A stretch of DNA of 64,000 bases. Source: Nitrospirota bacterium (GTDB taxonomy: Bacteria > Nitrospirota > UBA9217). Numbering within the stretch: position 1 is the stretch's first letter; each line of letters starts with the position of its first letter. The position numbers were made by a program, and so were the translations under genes. Positions 1 to 7,574 of the stretch are shown here, piece after piece. The DNA lies in NCBI GenBank assembly GCA_029858565.1, contig JAOUEV010000008.1, forward strand, positions 13,969 to 77,968, read 5' to 3'. The notes below the pieces were generated by a model. The model was not told where the DNA came from and searched no databases. It was given only the letters and a program-made list of their open reading frames with translations.

Positions 1-217
1 TAACGATATAGAACAGCCCGAGGAACGCAGTCGGTGCGCCCTTCTGGGTCTGGAGCATGCGCGCAAACACCGTGACGCCGACCCCCAGCAGCACCATGAA
101 TCCCACGGCGATGAAACCCAGGACCGCCAAGAGCTTTGTCCACGGTTTGATCGAACGCATCGATTCCACCATACCCCCGGTTACCGCAACACCGTTCTCC
201 GCTGCTTCGTTGTTCAT
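1..217 (-). CDS. Membrane protein, DUF5362-like (partial, runs off window start)
   Basis: Manual translation from ATG at 217 after a GAAGGGGG RBS: MNNEAAENGVAVTGGMVESMRSIKPWTKLLAVLGFIAVGFMVLLG...; the KPW plus hydrophobic-helix pattern resembles DUF5362. Confidence 0.6.
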   Translation of the reverse strand, partial: MNNEAAENGVAVTGGMVESMRSIKPWTKLLAVLGFIAVGFMVLLGVGVTVFARMLQTQKGAPTAFLGLFYIV

Positions 218-410
218 GACAATGTCCCCCTTCGCGTCAGCAGGTCTATTCACTGATACTGATAAAAGCTTTCTGTCTTCCGATCACGATGCTCTTTCAA
301 AACGAATCTAGTACAGATAAATACAAATTGCAAGAAAGAACTGTCTCTGGCCGGTCTTTTTGGTGAAGATATTTCTACTACACTTTCGGGCAGGTAGGGC
401 GCGGTGAAGC

Positions 411-527
411 GGACAGTACAGCGACAGGAGGCAACAAGATGGGGACGACATATGTTCGACAGAAAAGCGACAGAGGGGCGACAGACGGACGATAAATGGA
501 CGACAGAAAGGCGACAGGGTGCGACAG
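411..527. repeat. Array of CGACAG-like hexamers, mostly at 11-bp period (CTGTCG on minus strand)
   Basis: Units start at 411, 422, 432, then 446, 457, 468, 479, 490, 501, 512 (exact 11-bp steps), then 522; the 4-5 bp spacers vary. Confidence 0.85.
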
Positions 528-606
528 AGAAAACTGCGTGAGACGAACGGCAAGGACGGCTTGATCCCCGATGGAATCATTCGGGGATGACGGGCTAAAC
601 CACTGC

Positions 607-639
607 CCCCTCACCCCTGCCCTCTCCCCAGAGGGTAGA
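607..639. repeat. Left half of a REP-like hairpin interrupted by the Mu-like element; includes left copy of target duplication GTAGA (635-639)
   Basis: Joining 607-639 to 12460 onward gives CCCCTCACCC-CTGCCCTCTcCCC-AGA-GGGtAGAGGGCAG, a near-perfect stem-loop. Confidence 0.8.
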
Positions 640-653
640 TATAACTGCGCGTT

Positions 654-712
654 TAGTTTTCCATTTTTTTGCACTCAGTTTGCCATTTTATAACCCAGAA
701 AGCTCATTTTTT
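654..712 (+). repeat. Tandem putative transposase-binding sites at the left end of the element
   Basis: TAGTTTTCCATTTT (654), CAGTTTGCCATTTT (676) and a degenerate third unit; the CATTTT core is at 662, 684 and 705 (21-22 bp period). Confidence 0.65.
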
Positions 713-756
713 GTATGCTTAACGCCATATGACAAGTGCTTTATTCAAACTGTAGA

Positions 757-990
757 TCAGGCTTCTTTCTCAAGCCCTTTAACTACCCGTGCCCGATAGT
801 TATTGTATACGGTCTGAAAATTATCGCTGTTTTCCGTAGATGCGTAGAGGCCCCGCAACTGGTCGAGTAGCAGACTCCTATCCACGCCTGGGTGTTCTGC
901 AAGCATACAAACAATATCGGTTAAGAGTACACCGATCGCAGCAGTGGAATCAGCACAGGCAGTAACCGCGCTTTGTGTGTCTTTTTCCAT
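757..990 (-). CDS. Hypothetical protein (element cargo)
   Basis: ORF 757..1029; likely start MEKDTQ at 990 after a GGAGGA RBS. Confidence 0.55.
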   Translation of the reverse strand: MEKDTQSAVTACADSTAAIGVLLTDIVCMLAEHPGVDRSLLLDQLRGLYASTENSDNFQTVYNNYRARVVKGLEKEA

Positions 991-1045
991 TTGTGATCCT
1001 CCTGGGAACAGCCGACTTGTCACGGTCAATAACGTGAATTAATAA

Positions 1046-3058
1046 TTATTGTCCGATTCCGAATGCACTTCTAACCGCTGGGCTTGTGTTTGCGAGTTTC
1101 AGTAATACGGTGGCAATATATCGCTCACCATCGAACTGATGCTTGCCCACCTGCGCGTCCAGCTGAACGCCGGACTGGTTAATAACGCTTATCGAAACGT
1201 TTGGCATGTTGCCTACGTCGCCCTTGTTGATTCTGTCGAGGGCGGCCACGCCCTTGCGCGACACCACGTATTCACCGGTCTGCAGGATAGCGGGACGCTC
1301 GTCGGACGATAGCCCTCCCACATGGAACCGGGGGATATATCCTCCGCTGTGCATGATCAGCCCGCCGGAATGTTTAAAATAAGGTCCAATAACCGGCGGT
1401 TGCCCGTACCCGGATCCTCCTACATTTGCACCTGGATCACTTATAAGTGCGCCGCCGACAGCGGTTGTTCCCGTTTTATTTTCGGCATTTTTAATACCTG
1501 TAATAGCAATCACAGATTGCTGCGCAAGAATATTTGAAATCGCGCGCGCCACGGAAAGCAAGAAACTTTTAATATATTGCCAGAAGCTCTTAAGTTTACC
1601 CGTCATTGCGTCAAAGAAAAATTCAGAGAACGCCTGTTCCATGCCGCGCGCGGTTTCCTGGGCGATATACACGCCTTCCTGGAAGCGGCTTCGAAGGCTG
1701 TCATTATACCGCTTTAAACCTTCGTCAATACCCTCTTGAAACGTGCCGTCCAACTCCCGCAGCGCCAACCTCAGGTCGGAGATTTTTCTGATGGTGTCAT
1801 CGATCTCTTTTTGCTTCGCGGCCCGCTGGTTAGGATCGTTGATCGGCTTCAGGTTCGCCTGCTGCACGCTGAGCAGCCGTTCCTCGATCCGTAGCCGCTC
1901 GCGGGCCGCATCAAGATGGGAAATATCGCGGTTTTTCTCTGCTATATCGAGGTAGGCCATCTCGCGCATGATCTCCGCTTCTCGCGCTTTCATGGCAACT
2001 TCATATTCCAATTGGGATTGTGCTCCCGTACCCCTGCCGCCTCCTGATCCGCTGAACGATGGATCGGTGCCGGTTCCGCCGCCGGAGAGCGGAGATTCCG
2101 CTTTTCCGAAGGCCGCCTTGAAGTACGTTGCGCTCAGGTTCTTCAGCTTCTCGAAGTCCGCCTTGGTCTTGGCCAGCGTCTCGTCGGAAACGATGCCGAC
2201 CTTGTTCAAGGCCGTCTGCGCCAGGGTAGCCAGACCCATGATGCCGGCGATGCCTCCGCTCATGAGCCCCATGACAATATCCACGGTCCCGAGCGCGAAA
2301 CTCTTGATGCCGCTGCCGAAGCTCCAGATCGCGCTGCCGACGGTTTCCTTCAGATCGTTCCACCAGGCCTTGAGCTTCTGCATCTTTTCGGCGTTGTTGC
2401 CCTGGACATCGCCGAACTTTTCCATCTGCTTGCCCGCGTTCTCCATGGCCAGGGCATAGAGGTCCACATCGGTGATGCCCATGGACATGGCCTCGGACAG
2501 GAGCTGCACCTGTTCCTTGGAAACAAGACCGTACTTCAGCAGCGCCCGCGGCATCTTGTTTGCGATCGCGTCAGTGATCGTCTCGTATGCCGTGCCCACG
2601 TCCTCGCCCGTGACTCGCGCGGAGATCCTCGCGGCCTCCATGATCTTCGTGAGCTGGTCGCCGTTGAGCCCCTGCATCATGCCCTTCACGGCCTTCTGCA
2701 TGATGTCCGAGTCGTCCACGGTCCCGGCGGCCGCGCGCTTCATGTTTTCCAGGATCTCGTCCGCGCTCTCTCCGGACGCCTCGGCCACCTGGCGGAAAGA
2801 CGCCTCGGCCTGCTCGGCCTTGGCTCCCAGCTCCATGTACTCCAGCGCCTTGCTGATCGCGACGCCTGCGGCGGCAGCCGCGGCGGTGATGGCGATCCAG
2901 TTCTCTTTCATGGACTTCATAAAGGAGCCGGTCTGCTTGTCGGCCTTCCCGGTCTCGTCGCCGATGCCCTTGATCTGCTTCCCCAACTGGTCAAGGGTCC
3001 CCTTGGCCATGTTGTAGGCTTCGATGACGAGCTGTATTTTCTGGCGGTCGTTCGACAT
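1046..3058 (-). CDS. Phage tail tape-measure-like protein (670 aa)
   Basis: Ala/Gly-rich helical protein with an N-terminal IQLVIEA motif, a lambda-TMP-C-like segment (MEQAFSEFFFDAMTGKLKSF) and C-terminal FHxGG...DERPAILQTGEYVV; AAGGAG RBS. Confidence 0.8.
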   Translation of the reverse strand: MSNDRQKIQLVIEAYNMAKGTLDQLGKQIKGIGDETGKADKQTGSFMKSMKENWIAITAAAAAAGVAISKALEYMELGAKAEQAEASFRQVAEASGESADEILENMKRAAAGTVDDSDIMQKAVKGMMQGLNGDQLTKIMEAARISARVTGEDVGTAYETITDAIANKMPRALLKYGLVSKEQVQLLSEAMSMGITDVDLYALAMENAGKQMEKFGDVQGNNAEKMQKLKAWWNDLKETVGSAIWSFGSGIKSFALGTVDIVMGLMSGGIAGIMGLATLAQTALNKVGIVSDETLAKTKADFEKLKNLSATYFKAAFGKAESPLSGGGTGTDPSFSGSGGGRGTGAQSQLEYEVAMKAREAEIMREMAYLDIAEKNRDISHLDAARERLRIEERLLSVQQANLKPINDPNQRAAKQKEIDDTIRKISDLRLALRELDGTFQEGIDEGLKRYNDSLRSRFQEGVYIAQETARGMEQAFSEFFFDAMTGKLKSFWQYIKSFLLSVARAISNILAQQSVIAITGIKNAENKTGTTAVGGALISDPGANVGGSGYGQPPVIGPYFKHSGGLIMHSGGYIPRFHVGGLSSDERPAILQTGEYVVSRKGVAALDRINKGDVGNMPNVSISVINQSGVQLDAQVGKHQFDGERYIATVLLKLANTSPAVRSAFGIGQ

Positions 3059-3091
3059 GGGTGTACTCCTTTCAGATAGTTCTACGTATAA

Positions 3092-3532
3092 TTAAACTCG
3101 CGAAGATGATCTGCTTTTCTGAAGGGTATATTTGAGCACGCTGTGTTGATCATCTTCGTTCATTTCTATCAAAATCTGTCTCACTTTTTCAATTAACGCT
3201 GTACCTCGAAGCATGCCTGGCATAGCTGATGGAGTCTCTATATTGTTTCGTACAAAGACATTATAGATGCCTGTCGGAGTCATTCCGTATTTTTTTGAAA
3301 GCTTCTGCAGTGTAAATTTGTTGGTATGATAATCCGCAATGATTTTGTTATCGCGTTCCTTCCTGCGCACGACAGTCAGGCACTCCAGCGTTTTCGGGAA
3401 ATACACCTGTTCACCACGGAGCTCTGATCCAAGCTTCACCGTTGCACCGAGGCCGATGATTTTAGCGATCATCTGGTATGTTGGGTGAAGCTCGTTCTCC
3501 CGGATGCTAATTTGCTTTTCATCCATCAGCAC
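3092..3532 (-). CDS. Mor/C-family transcription activator
   Basis: IAKIIGLGATVKLGSELRGEQVYFPK...RDNKIIADY...LSKKYGMT...IYNV matches the Mu Mor family pattern. Confidence 0.8.
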   Translation of the reverse strand: MLMDEKQISIRENELHPTYQMIAKIIGLGATVKLGSELRGEQVYFPKTLECLTVVRRKERDNKIIADYHTNKFTLQKLSKKYGMTPTGIYNVFVRNNIETPSAMPGMLRGTALIEKVRQILIEMNEDDQHSVLKYTLQKSRSSSRV

Positions 3533-3550
3533 TTTACCTCCACAGTTACT

Positions 3551-4336
3551 TTAGACCGCGCAGTATTCGACACAGACGGTTTCCCGATTTTCGGTTATCA
3601 ATGTAGGCTCTCCCATGAGCTCCCACCGCAGTTTTCTAAGGGCAGTAGCTTCAATTCGGGCGACACTGCTTATTGAAAGCCCAGCTTTTACACCAACTTC
3701 TTCCGGCATAAGATCACACCAGTATCTAAGAATTATTATCTTACGTTCCCTGTCGTTAAGCTCCAGCAACGCTCTGCGAATATTATGGTTGAATGCCGAT
3801 TTCTCAGCACTGCACTTGGTTTCAGCAGTTCTGAATGAATTCCCATTTCTTCGCTTATCGAATATTTGCGGTATTATTGAACTATCCCCATCCGAAACGA
3901 ACATGTCTTGCCGAGTAGCCGCGTCTTCTTTGTCGCCCAGAAGCTCATCTAACGAATTATGTTTGTTCTTATGGTAATCTTTGAGGCAGTCAATTATCTG
4001 ACGGCTAATTGCTGGTTTCGCATAGGCAATAAGCCGGATCCCTCTTTCTGGATCGAACAGTTTAGCTGCTCTCATTAAACCCTGGCAACCTTCGGCAACC
4101 ATGTCCATAAATGGCAATCCTGGGCGCCAATACTTCCTGACGATGAAAATAACGAACTTGATATTTGACTCTACGAGAAGTTCAGCTGCCGCTTCATCTC
4201 CGGATTGAGCCCTGCGAGCGATCCTGCTTTCATCCTCTCGTGATAATACTGGTCTTTGTTTAAGGTCTTCCCGAAGCATCCTGAGTAATTCCCAGTCTCC
4301 ACCGCCATAACCGGAATTCTGTTTTTCCTCTTTCAT
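3551..4336 (-). CDS. Sigma-70 family RNA polymerase sigma factor (regions 1.2, 2 and 4)
   Basis: LSREDE..IARRAQSGDEAAAELLVESNIKFV; DMVAEGCQGLMRAAKLFDPERGIRLIAYA; LNDRERKIIILRY...EEVG...VARIEATALRKLR; start at 4336 after GGAGG. Confidence 0.85.
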   Translation of the reverse strand: MKEEKQNSGYGGGDWELLRMLREDLKQRPVLSREDESRIARRAQSGDEAAAELLVESNIKFVIFIVRKYWRPGLPFMDMVAEGCQGLMRAAKLFDPERGIRLIAYAKPAISRQIIDCLKDYHKNKHNSLDELLGDKEDAATRQDMFVSDGDSSIIPQIFDKRRNGNSFRTAETKCSAEKSAFNHNIRRALLELNDRERKIIILRYWCDLMPEEVGVKAGLSISSVARIEATALRKLRWELMGEPTLITENRETVCVEYCAV

Positions 4337-4384
4337 GCGACCTCCCCGAGTGGTAATATCAACCAAGGAAGGATATCCCGCTCC

Positions 4385-4423
4385 AAAAGCCACGCCCTCC
4401 TGCCCAGGACGCGCGTGGCTTTT
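4385..4423. terminator. Stem-loop, putative terminator
   Basis: AAAAGCCACGC...GCGTGGCTTTT inverted repeat. Confidence 0.5.
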
Positions 4424-4707
4424 TATTTTGTCGCTGCTACGGGGATCTCTTTAAGTCCGTACGATGTTTCACGAATCAATGTTTCCAGTTCCTCGCATTT
4501 GGCGTGGGTTGCTTTTTGCAACCGACCAAGAATCGAAAATACCATTGACCATTCAATATCGATTTTGCGTCCTTCCCCGGAAGACAATGCAGTTATTTCT
4601 CCGAGCTTGATCATCGTTTCTATTTCATATAAGTGGTTTGTAATATCATTGCGCAGATGATCGAGTTTAACGTATGCGTTCTCTTTCTGTTTTGAAAGCT
4701 GATTCAT
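4423..4707 (-). CDS. Hypothetical protein
   Basis: 94-aa ORF with AAGGGGGG RBS, co-directional with the operon. Confidence 0.6.
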   Translation of the reverse strand: MNQLSKQKENAYVKLDHLRNDITNHLYEIETMIKLGEITALSSGEGRKIDIEWSMVFSILGRLQKATHAKCEELETLIRETSYGLKEIPVAATK

Positions 4708-4729
4708 TGAAGCCCCCCTTGGTTAAGTT

Positions 4730-4761
4730 ATAGCCACGCTTCCACCTGACAGCGTGGCTAT
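4730..4761. terminator. Stem-loop related to 4385-4423
   Basis: ATAGCCACGCT...AGCGTGGCTAT. Confidence 0.5.
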
Positions 4762-4787
4762 TGATTTTATTATTTGCTGAACTCGTT

Positions 4788-5909
4788 CTACAGGTTGATC
4801 CCGATTGTTTGATACTTTGCTTTTATATCGTCAACGGCTTTCTGGATCACAGCTCTGTCCTTGTACGGTCCAGAGAGAGAGCACACTGCTGCTATTTGAC
4901 CATAGTTATGCTTATCCTCTAAACCTTCAAATGCTTTGAGGTTGAAGGTCGGTATTGCAAACCTGTCAGCATCGCCCCCCGTCCGCCGAATCGCAAAACC
5001 TTCAGCCCTGACTTCCTTCGACAGTCGAGCTGGAGAACCCATGATCTCATCCAAGGCCGTCAGCTCTTTGAACTTGTCGATGAGTTGAATAGAAAGCTTG
5101 ATGTATTCCTGACCGACAAGTTCGGCCTGGCCCATCAAAAACTCGTTGATGATTTCCTTCCGGCTGGACCGGAGCAGAGTCAGCTCATTCTCGGCTGCAT
5201 CGAGTTTTCGCTGGAGGCCCGCGATGATTTGCTTCGCGTTGCCGGCAACCTTGTTGAATTCTTCAAGCGCTGCTTCCCGCGCCGCAATCTGCTCATCAAG
5301 CGCTTTGAGGTCTTTTCCCGTCGCAGTGCCCAGAGAGATGGCTGCAAGGATATCTTCTCTCTCTTGCAGCAGATCGTCTGCGGACTCGGGCACGGCCTGA
5401 CGGGCCTTCTCGATCGTGCTTGTCTGATCCGAAATGAGAGCCTGAAGTTCTGCGACGGTTCTTTCTGCCGCTGCAACATCCTCTTGATACTGAATAAGAT
5501 CCTCGATGCCGAGTGAATGACCATAATTCGTCAGTTCTTTTTCGGCGTTCACGAGATCCTGATGTGTGCTCTGCGCGTGCTGCCGGGCATGTGCGGCCAC
5601 TTCTTTGGCATCCGCAGCAGCCTTCTGAAGTTTGTCGAATTCATCTTTTTCCCAAGGGGTCATGCGCTCTACATCTTCTGCGTGGTGCCTCCCATTAAGG
5701 CGATTCACGCCTTCAATGGTGCTTTTAAATGAGTAGACCTGTCCTGTCGCCCGTGCTGCAATGTCCTCTTTGTCGTCGGCGACCTTGATAGCAGCAAGAC
5801 ATTTTTCTCTGAGCAACTGCGCACGACGACGAAGGTCTTCTCTCTTTGCCACCCGTTCCCTGTACGACACCTTCCCTGGGGCATCCTGTACGTCCGCTTT
5901 CTTAGCCAT
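4788..5909 (-). CDS. Coiled-coil hypothetical protein (373 aa)
   Basis: Long A/E/K/L-rich heptad-like sequence; GGAGG RBS. Confidence 0.75.
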   Translation of the reverse strand: MAKKADVQDAPGKVSYRERVAKREDLRRRAQLLREKCLAAIKVADDKEDIAARATGQVYSFKSTIEGVNRLNGRHHAEDVERMTPWEKDEFDKLQKAAADAKEVAAHARQHAQSTHQDLVNAEKELTNYGHSLGIEDLIQYQEDVAAAERTVAELQALISDQTSTIEKARQAVPESADDLLQEREDILAAISLGTATGKDLKALDEQIAAREAALEEFNKVAGNAKQIIAGLQRKLDAAENELTLLRSSRKEIINEFLMGQAELVGQEYIKLSIQLIDKFKELTALDEIMGSPARLSKEVRAEGFAIRRTGGDADRFAIPTFNLKAFEGLEDKHNYGQIAAVCSLSGPYKDRAVIQKAVDDIKAKYQTIGINL

Positions 5910-6002
5910 GTGCTTTCCTCCTATCGTTAATTTGATGGTTCGTAAATTCTCACGAATGCTTTAGTGAGGGATTTCCTCGATGTCATCCGTGGAGTTATTT
6001 AT

Positions 6003-6275
6003 TTATCGCTTCGGCGATACCGATGCGATGTTTCGTACAATTTCATCAAGTTCGCTCTGTTCTTCTTTCGACACTTGTGCAGCAAATTCATTGGTATGTT
6101 CGCCTTCTGACAGATCAATAAAAAACACAGAGCCAGGGGACATGGGGACAAAGCGACATCCCGATATCTGGCGAAGTTTTTGTTGAAATTTATGATCGTC
6201 TATGCGTATCATATTTTCTCCACGAGGCTGCTGATTATTCCCTAACGAGTTTTCTATCGAGCCTTTAGAGGGCAA
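6003..6275 (-). CDS. Hypothetical protein (start may be the internal MIRIDD)
   Basis: ORF co-directional with its neighbours; GGAGA precedes the internal ATG. Confidence 0.5.
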   Translation of the reverse strand: MPSKGSIENSLGNNQQPRGENMIRIDDHKFQQKLRQISGCRFVPMSPGSVFFIDLSEGEHTNEFAAQVSKEEQSELDEIVRNIASVSPKR

Positions 6276-6675
6276 ATATATGTTTTGCCGCTCTCGTCAG
6301 TGCCAAAAGACGATCCCCAACAGTCGTATCCCTACCGAACAGGATGAGATCGCGACGTTTGTCCTCCGGCACCATTTTCGAAGCACCTATTTTCCGAGCT
6401 TCCGAGTAGTAGAGCCGATGGCACGAACCGGATCCAAAACCACAGAAATCCTTCTGCCTCCCGGAAAGAGGCTTTCCACAGCGGCGGCAATGCCTCCCAT
6501 TTGCCGCTTTATTAGCTGTGCGCAGCTCGCTGGGGGCCTCAGGGGGAGCAATATGGGGCATGGGGCTACCCTGGCACCCAAAACGCACATTTTCCTCCGT
6601 CGTATTCACCCCAGCACTGTCTAAACGTTGCATTCCATGTTCCTCTCTACCTATCCGTCTGTAGCCCATCAACAA
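6265..6675 (-). CDS. Small putative zinc-finger protein
   Basis: CRRCGKPLSGRQKDFC...CH motif typical of phage Zn-ribbon proteins; start uncertain. Confidence 0.5.
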   Translation of the reverse strand: MLMGYRRIGREEHGMQRLDSAGVNTTEENVRFGCQGSPMPHIAPPEAPSELRTANKAANGRHCRRCGKPLSGRQKDFCGFGSGSCHRLYYSEARKIGASKMVPEDKRRDLILFGRDTTVGDRLLALTRAAKHIFAL

Positions 6676-6682
6676 CAGCCGT

Positions 6683-7204
6683 TTAAACGGTATTCGAAAC
6701 CGGCTTACCCGTGTCCGGCGCGTCCGGTTTTCTTTCGCGTGCGCCGTCCTTTTTCCGCCTGACCATATTGTTCAATGTATGGATCACCTTCCGGGTTGTG
6801 ACCGTATCCAGGAACCGAAGGTCTGAAACCTTGAAATGCCGATCTAAAAACGTGCGCAGGGCCTTTTCTCTTTTTTTATGATCCCTGATATCAACAGCAT
6901 CACGCCAAAGGGCTTCGATCTTTCGGAGTTGAGAAGGCTGCGCCATATCTGCCCGATGACCAAGATTTTCAAACCGTTCTTTGCCCTCGAACTTATTCCA
7001 CACGCCGCGCTCGATCGCGCTGTCTTCGAGTGCCGTAATGAGCGAGTTGGCTTGTTCGGATGTAAGCTGTTTTGAAGATGCCGCTTCAAAATTGATTGCG
7101 AGGGTACCCCGATACTCTTTTTCCGTCATCTTGAGGGCTGTTTTCAGCGTGTGAATTTTTTTGATCTGCCCTACGTCAATCATCTTATTTGCCGTGTTCA
7201 ACAT
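6683..7204 (-). CDS. Mu GemA/gp16-like protein (DUF1018)
   Basis: QIKKIHTLKTALKM..EYR..L.....SSKQLT..QA..LI; QLRKIEALW; ALRTFL.R; typical of transposable phages. Confidence 0.8.
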   Translation of the reverse strand: MLNTANKMIDVGQIKKIHTLKTALKMTEKEYRGTLAINFEAASSKQLTSEQANSLITALEDSAIERGVWNKFEGKERFENLGHRADMAQPSQLRKIEALWRDAVDIRDHKKREKALRTFLDRHFKVSDLRFLDTVTTRKVIHTLNNMVRRKKDGARERKPDAPDTGKPVSNTV

Positions 7205-7574
7205 TGCCTGCTCCTTTCTCGTTCTTCTGAAACCAGTAACCTACTGTTCTGGGACATAGTCCAAGTCGCTTCGCTATTTTTTCGGCCGAAATCTTCGACT
7301 TTGTTCTGAGCCGCAATGCCAGCCGGTATGCATTAAGGTGAGGGGCAAGAACTCTAACAGTGTCTCCAGATGGTGTTTCCTGGAGCCAGTAACGAACTGT
7401 TCTTGGATTCATACCGATGCGTCGCGCTATTTCAATTCCTGTTAACGCTTCACATTTCCTCAATCGCAAGGCTTCGAGATATTTGCTCTGGTGAGATAAA
7501 TGAGCACGTATGTTACGCAGCCTGTCCTTTCTCATGCGATCAGTCCTCTTCAGAGAAAAAATATCCCGAGCCAC
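7185..7574 (-). CDS. Small protein with two tandem HTH motifs, in the position normally held by MuB
   Basis: EIARRIGMNPRTVRYW and KIAKRLGLCPRTVGYW; overlaps the transposase stop codon. Confidence 0.7.
   Translation of the reverse strand: MARDIFSLKRTDRMRKDRLRNIRAHLSHQSKYLEALRLRKCEALTGIEIARRIGMNPRTVRYWLQETPSGDTVRVLAPHLNAYRLALRLRTKSKISAEKIAKRLGLCPRTVGYWFQKNEKGAGNVEHGK

Noticed and set aside
411-527. CRISPR array or coding ORFs (308..580, 378..674) over the CGACAG repeats
   Set aside because: The units are only 10-11 bp with no 25-40 bp repeats or spacers and no cas genes; the ORFs are low-complexity translations of the repeat.
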